A stretch of 64,000 bases of DNA from Rubripirellula sp. (GCA_965216875.1 OZ244207.1:3424001-3488000); one strand, 5' to 3'; positions 28,701 to 38,137 are shown, numbered from the stretch's first letter. Translations and numbers: made by a program. Notes: generated by a model not told the origin, from the sequence alone.

Positions 28701-29820
28701 TCATGTGGCAGCCCGATTGGAAGACATTGGTGCTCACAAAGCCGCTCTGCAATTGTGCAAGAGCGTTTCGGAAGCTGACGAATACCGTCGCGAACCTTAC
28801 GTGATGGGACTTCGCATCGCCAAACACCTCAACGATGTCGACGGCCTGACTTGGGCTTGCCGCGGCGTGCTTTCACAAGCATGGCCACAGCAGTACGAAC
28901 CGGTCGCCAAAGATGCTCGCTTGGTCGCCCGTGCGACCTATGCGGAATTGGTCGAACAAGGCCGTAAAGAGGAAGCAGACGCTTTCAACAAAGCAGTCCA
29001 AACCGCAACCGCGCACGATGCAATCATCCGTGTCACGTGGACGGGTGAAGCCGACATCGACGTGGCTGTCGAAGAGCCATCGGGAACGGTTTGCTCGATT
29101 GAGAACATGTCCAGTGCCGGTGGTGGCACACTGCTTGGCGACGCATTCCCTGGTCACGGCACTGAAAAATCCGGTGCAACTTCGGAAACCTACATTTGCC
29201 CCAAAGGCTTCTCGGGCCAGTACCGTTTGCTGGTTCGTCGAATCTGGGGCAACGTCTCGACCGGAAATGTCACCGTCGAAGTGCTGACCGACGTCGGTCG
29301 TCCTTCGCAACGATTCATTCGGAAAGAGCTTCCGCTAACCGAGAAAGATGCTCTTGTCATCTTTGAAGTCAAAGACGGTAAGCGACACGAAGAAATCGCC
29401 GATGCTCAATTGGCTCACCTGCGAGATGTTCAACGCGACATCCAAAATGAAGTCCTCGGCCAATTCGCCGGCGACAATCGCGACAGTGGCCAAGTGTTAA
29501 CCGATCTGTTCCGTGATGTCCGCGCTCTCAATGCTGGCGGATTCGGCCCCAACGCGTTCCGTCGCGGTGGTGTTGGTTTCCGTCCTGAGATCACCACTCT
29601 ACCAGAGGGTGCGTCGATGGGAACGCTGGCCATCATCTCGGCTGATCGTCGCTATGTCCGAATCACGCCCGTTCCGTTCTTCTCGCAAATCGGCGAAGTG
29701 ACGACGTTCAACTTCGTCACGGGTGAAGAAGGAACCGGAACCGGTGGCGGCCAAGGAATCGGCGGTGGCGGACTCGGTGGCGGCGGCTTCGGTGGCGCTG
29801 GCGGCGGCATCGGCAACTGA
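25720..29820 (+). CDS. Large secreted VWA-domain protein with STN/secretin-N-like, Gly-Met-rich, helical-repeat and YfaP-like segments
   Basis: ATG 25720 then signal peptide; VILVDTSAS MIDAS-like, IVYIGDG; FVELPLEDAINAL...VSLRSFLRLML...VYPVGDLV; RVTWTGEADIDVAVEEP. Confidence 0.85.
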   Translation: MGLRHVAQTARALAFLAAATLGLSSAIASDGANVRIATYQTPSGDAYFAASIQPSADQSLMDAARSAPADVVILVDTSASQLGDYRDDSLKALQAVAGKLRTNDRVRLYACDVRAVDLSGDFESANSSVTTAAIEKLGKRLPLGNTNFVSVIDAVRASLVARPAAHARSIVYIGDGASFDAIANEARFEALVSALRADRISTHFIAIGPSTNVELMGILANHTGGVMGIVGEADDSAPAMIGQHVGRSATTSPLWLKHASLLEGMATSQGNRLPPLRLERDSILIGNLGDVREGSIELQAETVGSKVQLTADVVCEDSHPDFSFLPGLVARTADNGGLMLATAGSPLLRETARLMAAQADELVRASNMALQRGDRRGAKAIADKALESDPDNTDAKSLKKVINNGTRLIIQNADESPFGDVFGGGADAAVVEEAAPAAAPVAQAAAAPLSVPGDDDLLETGSGILDSVAEQISVSEGRLRAEVKAKLRGASRQMRVDPTGLAGSLKSLLSVVENTPDVSPKLRHELAGEVRSAIEVASRREAEFFEGQKRLEQQANAAGTAARLLEETLRREATLKTLSEQMNALIDEGRYEQADGEVSLPFARLAGDTITRDSISGRHFTDMPLALQVYDRDRRYREMRERNFVDAFSLVLKSNIPFVDDPPVMYPEAEAWQRMSRRRLKRYGAIELVGSSDAEENINAALDDETTQTFVELPLEDAINALSEAHEIPIVVDRRALDEIGLSADQPVNLSLKNVSLRSFLRLMLRELDLTYMIKDEVMMITTIDEAEQNLINKVYPVGDLVVPIVQLGGGGGMGGGMGGGMGGGMGGGGMGGGMGGMGGGMGGGGMMGGGGAFAVPDQVSLKSKVQKSKETGPIRLKVADDVSVADAWNAYFAELKIEGAEELGLLDQRIRSTVREQSIKAASAQAAGNIDQSVAHFAQSRDIIAAAIGAGHAQPWMYQAYAIALKATDAPMEDIERALLSAVDFSESLEEVLHVAARLEDIGAHKAALQLCKSVSEADEYRREPYVMGLRIAKHLNDVDGLTWACRGVLSQAWPQQYEPVAKDARLVARATYAELVEQGRKEEADAFNKAVQTATAHDAIIRVTWTGEADIDVAVEEPSGTVCSIENMSSAGGGTLLGDAFPGHGTEKSGATSETYICPKGFSGQYRLLVRRIWGNVSTGNVTVEVLTDVGRPSQRFIRKELPLTEKDALVIFEVKDGKRHEEIADAQLAHLRDVQRDIQNEVLGQFAGDNRDSGQVLTDLFRDVRALNAGGFGPNAFRRGGVGFRPEITTLPEGASMGTLAIISADRRYVRITPVPFFSQIGEVTTFNFVTGEEGTGTGGGQGIGGGGLGGGGFGGAGGGIGN
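28144..28275 (+). repeat. Coding low-complexity (GGGM)n tract
   Basis: Repeated GGCGGCGGCATG-type units inside the VWA gene. Confidence 0.9.
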
Positions 29821-29964
29821 TCACTCTTTGCTAACCCGTCCAACCCGACTAAACAATCAGCGCGACCACATTCTGGCGTGCTGGCTGATTTCGGCGTCGG
29901 CCAAGGTTGAGCCGATCAGGCTGGTGCAGGATAATCCGGAGACACCTCGCTCCCTGGATGCATC

Positions 29965-32898
29965 ATGCCATCGAAATCATCACCTGGTGACCCACTCGAT
30001 CCCATTCTCCTTCAGCGGCTTCACAAGCGGCTGATGGAGTTGCGTCGAAGTGACCATACCGCCAGCGCCGATGAGGTTCTCGAAGAGCTGCATCCATCGA
30101 TTCGCAGCACTTACGAATCGCCCCTTCTTCAATTGCTTGGCGAAGCTCAGAACGCCGACGGCGAGGTCACCCTTGACCCCACCTTCGAAGAAACACGCCA
30201 GGAAGATTGGACGGTCGACTTACCCGCCGGATTCAACGCGCCTCCGGTCGACCTTCCACCGGCCAAGCGGGTCAAACCCAAACGCCCCAAGCCGCGTCCC
30301 GCCGAGGAAACGACTCAGAAACTCCCCGAGTACATCGGCAAGTTTCGCATCAAGGGTGAACTTGGTCGCGGCGCAAACGGCGTGGTCTACCTCGGATACG
30401 ACGAAGAGCTGCAGCGTAATGTTGCCATCAAGCTTTCGCTCGTCTCGGACGAAAGGTACCAACAACGCCTGCGCGTCGAAGCGTCGAAAGCAGCACAAAT
30501 CGATGCTGACGGAATCGTGCCAGTGCACCACATCGGAACGACCGATGAAGGTGCCGTCTACATCGTGCAAAAGTACATTGAGGGATCGACACTCCGCGAT
30601 GTCCTGAAAAACAACGGACCACTCTCTCCCGCACGCGGTGTGCGTTTGATTCGTGAAATCGCGATGGCCCTCGAGCCAGCCCATCTGCGAGACATCCTTC
30701 ATCGCGACCTGAAGCCTGACAACATCTTGATTGACCAGGCGGGCAAGGCCTGGATCAGTGACTTTGGCTTGGCGATTTCTGAAGAAGAACAGCAAGGTCG
30801 CCGATCGGAATTGGCTGGCACGCCGGCCTACATGTCGCCCGAACAAATCAAAGGGCGCATCGACTTCCTCGATCCGCGCAGCGATATCTGGGCCGTCGGC
30901 GTCATGTTTTACGAGGTCTTGACCGGCAAACTGCCGTTCAGCGGCAAAGACCGCAAAACGCTTGCCGATCAGATTTGTGAACGCGATCCGCGTCCGATGC
31001 AACAACGGGCGCCGCAACACTTGAGCGAAGAGATGAACGATGTCTTCGTGAAGTGCTGTGGCAAGAAACCTGCGGATCGATTCGCATCCACCTACGACCT
31101 CATCACTGCTTTGGATCAATTGATCGAACTTGGCCTGAGTGAACACAACATCGACGGCAAGTTGATCTCGGCATACGCCACCGACACCCTTTTCAAGTAC
31201 GCGACAACGACAGGGGTTGAACCGGTACCCCCGCGTCATACGCGAACGACGATGCGGACCGAACGCGTTTCCGCGACGCAGCATTCGACCACGCATCACA
31301 CGCCGACGATTCAAGAAAAAACATCTCGCCAAGCCATCTGGCTTGCAGCCGCTGCACTGGTTGGCGTGATCGGCTTGATCACCTTCCTTGTCGTGGGCTC
31401 TGGCGGCGGTGACCAAGATCCGGAATCAAGCCCCATCACGAACGTTCCGCCGGTCGAGCAACCGAATCAATTTCAGCCGCCACCACCGACAACGGATCCC
31501 AAGGGGACCGCCGACGGAAGCTCTGAACAACCATGGATCGTTGCCGAAAAAGATGGCACGCACACATCCATTCAAGCGGCGCTTTCCGAACCCGGCGAAG
31601 AGCATTTCATTCACGTGATCGGCGCGATGAACGAATCGGTCGAGATTACCGAATCGGTCACGATTCGTGGCATCAACGACGCCGAAGCGTCGGACGAGCA
31701 AGCGATGATTCGATCGCCCAACAAACGGGCGATCTTCATCAAGAGCGACGAAGGTGACCAGGTCACTCTCGAGAACCTCTACATCGATGGCGGCAATCCC
31801 GACAACAGCGAAATCAACACGATCGATTTGTTCGCAGGCAAACTAACGATTGACGGATGCCGCGTCGAATCGCGATCGCAAAACTGCATCAAGGTTCACG
31901 GAGGTGCGTTAACGGTCACGGGAAATCAGTGCAGCTTTCAGTCGCCGCCCGACAGCAACATCGATGCCATCGTGATCGATCGCGGCTCGCTTGCACTGAT
32001 CGAGAATAGCGAGCTCATTGGCGGTGGGATCGAACTCAACAGCAACGGTAACATTCACAATTGCACGTTTCGCGGGGGTGCCGTTGTGACGACCCAGTCT
32101 GCTGACGTAACGATCGACGACAGTGCCTTCCAGGGCGCGACAACCCGGCTCGAAGTACGAGCTGGATCCAACACCACCCTTGTCGATTGCCAGTTCGACC
32201 AATGTGCGGCCGGAGTCATTCTGTATTTTGATCCCTTTGGTTCCGTCAAAGAGTCAGGCGAATTGACGATCCGCCGAACCGCATTTGATCGTTGCACGGA
32301 AGGCATCTACGTCGTCGGTGGCGACCTGCGGATTTGGCAAGGGTGCGAGTTCAATCGATGTGGCACCGCCCTTCGCATCGAAGTTGGCAGCGCCTTGCTT
32401 GAATCCCCTGTCATCATTGGCGGGGCAATCGGCATCAAGCTCGGCCGCTCCGCGAATCAGGAGTCGGAGAACTTTCCCATCGAGCCCGGCGCCGCTGAGT
32501 TGACGATTCACGGCGGACAGCTCCGCGACGCTTCCACGGCGGCCTTGGTGCTCGACCACGCCGAGGGTGTTTGCCGGATCGAGGCCTCAGGAACGAACGA
32601 GAATCAGCAGACCTTGATTGAGGGCAAGGGAGTGACAGGCATTCTCCTCAACCAATGTCCCGAATTGGTGATCCAAGGGGCGTCGTTCAAAGGCGGCGGG
32701 TCCGGAATCACGTTCAACTGCCTGGATGCCCAAACCGTACAACAGTACACGATTGAGAAATCAAAGTTTCGCGACCACTCCAACGCACCGGTCGAGGCAT
32801 TTGGCAAGGTCCTTGTCACGCTCAAGGACTGTGACCTCCCCGATGATGCCAAAACGGCCCAAATGCTGCGCGTCCCCACGATCCTGCGAGAAGACTAG
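29965..32898 (+). CDS. Membrane Ser/Thr protein kinase with extracytoplasmic right-handed beta-helix
   Basis: LGRGANGVVY, VAIK, HRDLKPDN, SDFG, GTPAYMSPE; TM IWLAAAALVGVIGLITFLVV; repeated IxxCxF motifs. Confidence 0.92.
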   Translation: MPSKSSPGDPLDPILLQRLHKRLMELRRSDHTASADEVLEELHPSIRSTYESPLLQLLGEAQNADGEVTLDPTFEETRQEDWTVDLPAGFNAPPVDLPPAKRVKPKRPKPRPAEETTQKLPEYIGKFRIKGELGRGANGVVYLGYDEELQRNVAIKLSLVSDERYQQRLRVEASKAAQIDADGIVPVHHIGTTDEGAVYIVQKYIEGSTLRDVLKNNGPLSPARGVRLIREIAMALEPAHLRDILHRDLKPDNILIDQAGKAWISDFGLAISEEEQQGRRSELAGTPAYMSPEQIKGRIDFLDPRSDIWAVGVMFYEVLTGKLPFSGKDRKTLADQICERDPRPMQQRAPQHLSEEMNDVFVKCCGKKPADRFASTYDLITALDQLIELGLSEHNIDGKLISAYATDTLFKYATTTGVEPVPPRHTRTTMRTERVSATQHSTTHHTPTIQEKTSRQAIWLAAAALVGVIGLITFLVVGSGGGDQDPESSPITNVPPVEQPNQFQPPPPTTDPKGTADGSSEQPWIVAEKDGTHTSIQAALSEPGEEHFIHVIGAMNESVEITESVTIRGINDAEASDEQAMIRSPNKRAIFIKSDEGDQVTLENLYIDGGNPDNSEINTIDLFAGKLTIDGCRVESRSQNCIKVHGGALTVTGNQCSFQSPPDSNIDAIVIDRGSLALIENSELIGGGIELNSNGNIHNCTFRGGAVVTTQSADVTIDDSAFQGATTRLEVRAGSNTTLVDCQFDQCAAGVILYFDPFGSVKESGELTIRRTAFDRCTEGIYVVGGDLRIWQGCEFNRCGTALRIEVGSALLESPVIIGGAIGIKLGRSANQESENFPIEPGAAELTIHGGQLRDASTAALVLDHAEGVCRIEASGTNENQQTLIEGKGVTGILLNQCPELVIQGASFKGGGSGITFNCLDAQTVQQYTIEKSKFRDHSNAPVEAFGKVLVTLKDCDLPDDAKTAQMLRVPTILRED

Positions 32899-33125
32899 CA
32901 GCGGTCGCCCGAAGGGGCTTTCGCGGCCAAAAACGGCTGAATCGCGTGCTTGGTCGACGGAAATCGAAGTGACGACGCAAAACACTGGAAAAAACGGGGA
33001 ACTTAACCGCTTTTTTACCGTCCCTGAAAGTGTCAAAACTTGAGGGTCCGGCGGCCCCCAGTTATCATTTAGGCCTACCAGATTAGGTTCACTTCACAGT
33101 CTTGCTTCGGTGTAGAGAGATTCGG

Positions 33126-34376
33126 ATGATCGTCCGCGCCAAAAATACCTTCTTGCTCGCTTGCTCAGTCGCTCTGTTTTCGATCCCGGCTCAAGCTGAA
33201 AAGCCGATGACGCCATCGGAATTCGTCTCATTGCTGCAGAGCGAAACACGGGCGTTTAGCTACGTTCCAACCGCCACCGTCGGTGTCGGCGACGAGCTGA
33301 AGCTTCAAATCGCTCGCATGCGTCAACAACAGTCACTTGATACGGCTGGACTCGTCGCTGTCGAAACCGAAGAAGAGGACATGAAGTTCGCGCTCGTTCG
33401 CCCTGACCTCGAGCGACGCGAACTCGAAACCGACGAAAACGGCCTGCTCCGATTGGCTGGCATGCTCCCCGGCATGAACGTGGTCGTCGCAACGGGCAAG
33501 TCGACGCACGGTGTTTACCCGATCTTGATCAAGATGCGAGACGAACTGAACGCTCCCGCAAATGAACCGCTTGATGTTGGCAATCGCCAACTCGTTGTTG
33601 CCGAAACATCGCCCAAGCAAGTGACCATGGTGGTTGATAACTACACACCACAAAGTGAAAGCGAAGAGCTGGGAACGCTGGACGAGATCCAAACCGATGT
33701 CGACGCAGCCAATGAATTTGAATACCGCGTTCGTCTTCAAGAGGGCGCGCTGCTGGCTGGCCAAATCATTTCGCTGATGCCCGAAGAATCGAAGGGGGGC
33801 TCGCTTGAGGGTACCAACGTCATGTTGCTTCGAAATGGCCGCATGATTCAACGCACCCTGTCCGACGCCGATGGCATGTTTGCTTTTGACGACCTCGCTC
33901 CTGGTGGTTACGGCCTCCTGGCAGCCGGCCCAGCCGGTTACGCTTCCTTCGGTTTTGAAGCACTTCCTGATGCCGAAATCGCAAGCACCAATGCCAATGG
34001 CGAAACCTTCGTCGCAATGCAAGCGGGCGGCGAGCCAACCATCCTGCCAGTTGTCGTTGTTCCGCCACCGATGGTTCCTGAAGTCGGCCGGGCCATCCAA
34101 GACAGCTACGACGAAATCGAACGCAACAACGAAGACGACGCACCACCTGCAGAGCCACCACTGGCACCAACGACTCCCTTTGGTGGAGGCGGTGTGGGTG
34201 CTCCCGGTGGTGGCGGTGTCGCCGGAGGCGGTGGCGGTGCAGGTGGCGGCGGAGGCGGTTTGGCCGCTGCCGCAGGTTTGGCTGCCGCCGCAGCAGCTGC
34301 TGCAAATTCCAGCGGCAGCCGTGGTGTCGTTGTTGTTCCGCCAGCCAGCCCAGTTGTTCCACCAGCTGGCAACTAG
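33126..34376 (+). CDS. Secreted protein with carboxypeptidase-regulatory-like domains and Gly/Ala-rich tail
   Basis: Signal peptide (IPAQA-E); TLSDADGMFAFDDLAPGGYGLLAAG; tail GGLAAAAGLAAAAAAAANSSG...PASP. Confidence 0.8.
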   Translation: MIVRAKNTFLLACSVALFSIPAQAEKPMTPSEFVSLLQSETRAFSYVPTATVGVGDELKLQIARMRQQQSLDTAGLVAVETEEEDMKFALVRPDLERRELETDENGLLRLAGMLPGMNVVVATGKSTHGVYPILIKMRDELNAPANEPLDVGNRQLVVAETSPKQVTMVVDNYTPQSESEELGTLDEIQTDVDAANEFEYRVRLQEGALLAGQIISLMPEESKGGSLEGTNVMLLRNGRMIQRTLSDADGMFAFDDLAPGGYGLLAAGPAGYASFGFEALPDAEIASTNANGETFVAMQAGGEPTILPVVVVPPPMVPEVGRAIQDSYDEIERNNEDDAPPAEPPLAPTTPFGGGGVGAPGGGGVAGGGGGAGGGGGGLAAAAGLAAAAAAAANSSGSRGVVVVPPASPVVPPAGN

Positions 34377-34411
34377 GCCATTCAAGTTCTCTCGTTACGA
34401 CGCTCCTCTTC

Positions 34412-34696
34412 GTAGGTCATGCTCCGCATGACAAGCGTCAGGTGAGCGGCAAGCCTCCCCGTAGCTACCTTCGCCAGAAGGTGGTTTGCGACGGCAGGCC
34501 GCTATCCATTTTCCCCACGCTCTGGCGAGCGCAGCTACTGGATGTAAAGCCCGACGCGAGCGCGTTCGGCTCACAGATGAGCCGTAGCTACCTTCGCCAG
34601 AAGGTGGTTTGCGACGGCAGGCCGCTAGCCATTTTCCCCACGCTCTGGCGAGCGCAGCTACTGGATGTAAAGCCCGACGCTAGCGCGTTCGGCTCA
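34412..34696. repeat. REP cluster: one GTAGGTCATG palindrome plus two 123-bp tandem units
   Basis: Units at 34461 and 34584: GTAGCTACCTTCGCCAGAAGGTGG...CCACGCTCTGGCGAGCGCAGCTAC followed by AAAGCCCGACGC(G/T)AGCGCGTTCGGCTCA. Confidence 0.9.
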
Positions 34697-34697
34697 G

Positions 34698-35891
34698 CTA
34701 ACCATCGCTTGACGCAAGCCTCTGCACCTCGCGAATGCTGTTTCGGATCACCGCCCCCGCGCCTTCGTACTCCTCGGGAATGGTCGCGATGAGCGTCAAA
34801 AGGGGTTCGCGGTTGCGGTGCGTTGACGGAGTTTCCGGAACATCAAAGACCTCAATCGGAAACGGTTGCCGCTGGAGATGTTGGCGCAGGTGTCCCAGCT
34901 TGCGGTCGCACAGCGAACCCGCTTGGTTCGCAAAGACAACTCGCTTGCTGTACCGCGGCGTCCCCACTCGTCCAGTCATGTCAAAGGTACGCAGACGCTC
35001 GCCGGCCAACGCCGCATACATCAGTCCAAACAGAGACTGACCGGCTGCGAGCCCTCCGACATCCCACAGCCGGCGTTCAACGAGCTCACTCGATCCGCTC
35101 CATCGAGGATTGATTTCAAGAAGCCAAGGGGCCCCTGATTGATCAAGACAAAAGTCGATGTTGATCAATCCTCGAAGCCCCCGCATTTGAAGACGCTCAC
35201 CGATATTGCCCAAGTCACCCAGCACTCGATTTGGGATCACGCGATCCGGTCCCGCGAGAAGGGTCGAACCGCAATAGACGAAGGGATGTGCTCCAATGCG
35301 GCGAAAATGCGAGCGGCAGATCCCCAGCAGCTGACAGCTCGATGCGTCGGCGATCAATGTCGCCCCAAAACTCCTCCCTTCGACCCACCGTTGATAAACA
35401 CATCGCCTGCCTGACGCGTTGTAACGTGTTTCGGTTGCGTCGGCGTCGAACCATGTCACGCCGAGACCGCCAGAGGAGGGCTGTTGTTTCTGAAGCCATC
35501 GTCCGTCGCCGCTGTTGGGGCGTCGTTGCTGAGTTGGCGGGATCTGAAACGAAGTGCCGTTGGTCAGCTCTGCCAGCGAGCTGACCGCCTTGAGCTGATC
35601 CCGCTGTTGGATGCTTGGCCCCCACTCAGTTAACCGGCGCGGCACCCTGAGTGCGGAGTCACTCAGAATCCCCCCCACGCGAACCAACGGCTGCGGTGCA
35701 ACCCCATGGACCTCTATGCAATGCTGAGGATCGGCCAAGTACTCATCGAGAGGAACGAACCGCTCGCTCGCTGCCCGAGTGTCCTGATCACCAAACCAAT
35801 CGATCGCCGTCACGGAGAAGCCAGCGCGCTGTGCCGACTGGGCGGCGGCGCGTACTGAGGCTGCGATCAGGGTGACAGGGCGGTTGGGCAT
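34698..35891 (-). CDS. ATP-grasp protein of the type found with H4MPT C1 gene clusters
   Basis: LIAASVRAAAQSAQRAG..AIDWFGDQDT, WLQKQQPSSGGLGV, YQRWVEG, GLINIDF, LLEINPRWSGS; divergent from fae. Confidence 0.8.
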   Translation of the reverse strand: MPNRPVTLIAASVRAAAQSAQRAGFSVTAIDWFGDQDTRAASERFVPLDEYLADPQHCIEVHGVAPQPLVRVGGILSDSALRVPRRLTEWGPSIQQRDQLKAVSSLAELTNGTSFQIPPTQQRRPNSGDGRWLQKQQPSSGGLGVTWFDADATETRYNASGRRCVYQRWVEGRSFGATLIADASSCQLLGICRSHFRRIGAHPFVYCGSTLLAGPDRVIPNRVLGDLGNIGERLQMRGLRGLINIDFCLDQSGAPWLLEINPRWSGSSELVERRLWDVGGLAAGQSLFGLMYAALAGERLRTFDMTGRVGTPRYSKRVVFANQAGSLCDRKLGHLRQHLQRQPFPIEVFDVPETPSTHRNREPLLTLIATIPEEYEGAGAVIRNSIREVQRLASSDG

Positions 35892-36284
35892 GACAGAAAC
35901 GGAGCTTCCCCCAAAACAAAGGTAAAGAATTGCCATCACCTCAGTGGGCCAAACGCCCCTTGAGTGATCGGAATTCCCACATCAACTGCCGTTGCCGGAC
36001 CGGCTGGGGAAAAGCGGGTGGTTGGTTGCGTTATTCTGGCTTTTCGCAAAGTCCTGGGGTGTTTGCATAGCGCGTTGGGTCTGCTAATTTCTCGCTTGTC
36101 CAGACAGCAAGTTGTGTCGCGACGCCCAGCTATTGGAATAGCTGGGGAAATAACGGGCTAGCTGCTGAATGGCTTTGGAGCGGTAAAAGTTTCAAAGACC
36201 AATTCTGAAAGCGGATTTGGACTTTGGTTTGGCCGCTCATTCGATGACTGACACAATCACTCACTCGTAACAAAGGTTAGCCCC

Positions 36285-36785
36285 ATGTCGTTGTACGTTG
36301 GCGAAGCACTCGTAGGTGATGGCAACGAAGTTGCCCACATTGACTTGATGGTTGGAAGCAAGGACGGACCTGTAGGTGTCGCGTTCGCAAATGCACTTTC
36401 GACTCAAAGCGATGGTCACACCAATCTGTTGGCCGTTCTCGAGCCAAATGTCGCCGTCAAGCCTTCGACCGTCATGATCACCAAAGTGACCATGAAGGGT
36501 ATGAAGCAAGTTGTTCAAATGTTCGGTCCTGCACAAGCTGCTGTTGCAAAAGCCGTTGCTGACGCAGTTGCTGAAGGCGTTATTCCAAAGGACCAAGCTG
36601 AAGACTTGGTTTGCGTTTGTGGCGTGTTCATTCACCCCGCAGCTGAAGATGACGAAAAGATCTACAACTACAACTACGAAGCTGTGAAGCAATCGCTGGT
36701 GAACGCAATGGCGGCCAAACCAACCGCCGACGAAATGATCGCCAAGAAAGATTCCGCTGCTCACCCATTCAAGGGCGACTTCTAG
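36285..36785 (+). CDS. fae: Formaldehyde-activating enzyme
   Basis: VGEALVGDGNEVAHIDL, GHTNLLAV, MFGPAQAAVAKAV, VFIHP, C-term AHPF. Confidence 0.97.
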   Translation: MSLYVGEALVGDGNEVAHIDLMVGSKDGPVGVAFANALSTQSDGHTNLLAVLEPNVAVKPSTVMITKVTMKGMKQVVQMFGPAQAAVAKAVADAVAEGVIPKDQAEDLVCVCGVFIHPAAEDDEKIYNYNYEAVKQSLVNAMAAKPTADEMIAKKDSAAHPFKGDF

Positions 36786-36846
36786 TTCGCTTTTGTCAGA
36801 CGACGCCCGTGTCTTCAGACTGCGTGTCGTCCAACGTGAAATGCTT

Positions 36847-36893
36847 CAGCCGTAATGTGTTGGCGATTTTGCCAGCACCTTGCGGCTGTTTTT
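36847..36893 (+). terminator. Terminator-like hairpin between fae and mtd
   Basis: CAGCCGTAA..GTGTTGGC/GCCAGCAC..TTGCGGCTG followed by TTTTT. Confidence 0.55.
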
Positions 36894-36936
36894 ATGGCTC
36901 GAACACCTCTGTCTTCGGTACTTCGATTTACTAACG

Positions 36937-37800
36937 ATGTCAAAAAAGATCCTTATCCAACTCGATTGTGACCCCCACCCCAGTTCCTTCGACTCGGTGG
37001 TCGCCATCGATGCTGGCGTCGATCACTTACTTCAATACAGCGGTGTCCAAGCGACCAACGTGACACCCCTTGTCCATGGTGCCATGTTCACGCGTGGCGG
37101 TGATGACCTGCGACACACAGCTATCTTTATCGGCGGCAGCGATGTCGATGAAGCCGAAACGCTGATGAAGGCTTGTCACGATGCGTTCTTTGGACCGGTC
37201 CGCGTCTCACTCATGCTCGACGCCAACGGTTGCAACACCACCGCGTCGGCCGCGGTTGTTTCGGCCAGCAAACACTGTGACCTTAAAGGAGCCGTTGCGG
37301 TCGTCTTGGGCGGCACCGGCCCCGTCGGACGACGCGTTGCCCAGTTGCTTGCCGGTGACGGTGCCAGCGTCAAGCTAACCAGTCGTTCGCGAGACCGTGC
37401 CGCGCGTGCCTGCGACGAAGTCCTTGAAGTCGTTCCCGATGCCTCGGTCAGCCCTGTTGGCTTGGTCGGCAACGACGCGACCAAGGCGGCTTTGGAAGAT
37501 GCGCAAATTGTGATCGCATGCGGGGCAGCCGGAATCGAACTCGCTAGCGAAGACATTGTTCGCAACCTGCCAAACTTAAAGGTAGCGATCGACCTGAACG
37601 CTGTCCCGCCAGCGGGCATTGGCGGAATCGAAGTGATGGACAAAGCGAAAGCATACGGTTCGGGTGTCGCCTACGGTGCAATCGGCGTCGGCGGGCTCAA
37701 GATGAAAACCCACCGCAAAGCGATCAACGCACTCTTCGAAAGTAACGACAAGGTGCTCGATGCTGCCGAGATCTACGAAATCGCAAAGTCAATCGGTTAA
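36937..37800 (+). CDS. mtdC: Methylene-H4MPT/H4F dehydrogenase (MtdA/MtdC type)
   Basis: MSKKILIQLD..PSSFD, GAMFTRG, TAIFIGGSD, DANGCNTTA, GGTGPVG, DLNAVPPAG, GAIGVGGLKMK; subtype inferred from lineage. Confidence 0.88.
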   Translation: MSKKILIQLDCDPHPSSFDSVVAIDAGVDHLLQYSGVQATNVTPLVHGAMFTRGGDDLRHTAIFIGGSDVDEAETLMKACHDAFFGPVRVSLMLDANGCNTTASAAVVSASKHCDLKGAVAVVLGGTGPVGRRVAQLLAGDGASVKLTSRSRDRAARACDEVLEVVPDASVSPVGLVGNDATKAALEDAQIVIACGAAGIELASEDIVRNLPNLKVAIDLNAVPPAGIGGIEVMDKAKAYGSGVAYGAIGVGGLKMKTHRKAINALFESNDKVLDAAEIYEIAKSIG

Positions 37801-37821
37801 GAACGTGGGCGTTGACAGGCC

Positions 37822-38102
37822 TTGAAAGGCCCGACGCTAACGCGTTCGGCTCACCGGTCGTTCGTAGCTACCTTCGCCAGAAGGTGGTTTGCGGCGGCAG
37901 ACCGTTATCCAATTCCCCACGCTCTGGCGAGCGTAGCTACGGGATTGAAAGGCCCGACGCTAACGCGTTCGGCTCATAGGTCGTTCGTAGTCCCGCCTTT
38001 AGGAGGAAGAGCACGATGTACGAACGTAGCTACCTTCGCCAGAAGGTGGTGCGCGGCGGCAGACCGCTGTCCAATTTCCCACGCTCTGGCGAGCGTAGCT
38101 AC
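37822..38102. repeat. REP cluster of alternating families between convergent mtd and prc
   Basis: AAAGGCCCGACGCTAACGCGTTCGGCTCA x2; GTAGCTAC...GTAGCTAC doublets at 37864-37940 and 38026-38102; GTAGTCCCGCCTTTAGG at 37987. Confidence 0.9.
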
Positions 38103-38137
38103 GGGATTGCGGCTCAGATGGACGATGTGACGACAAT

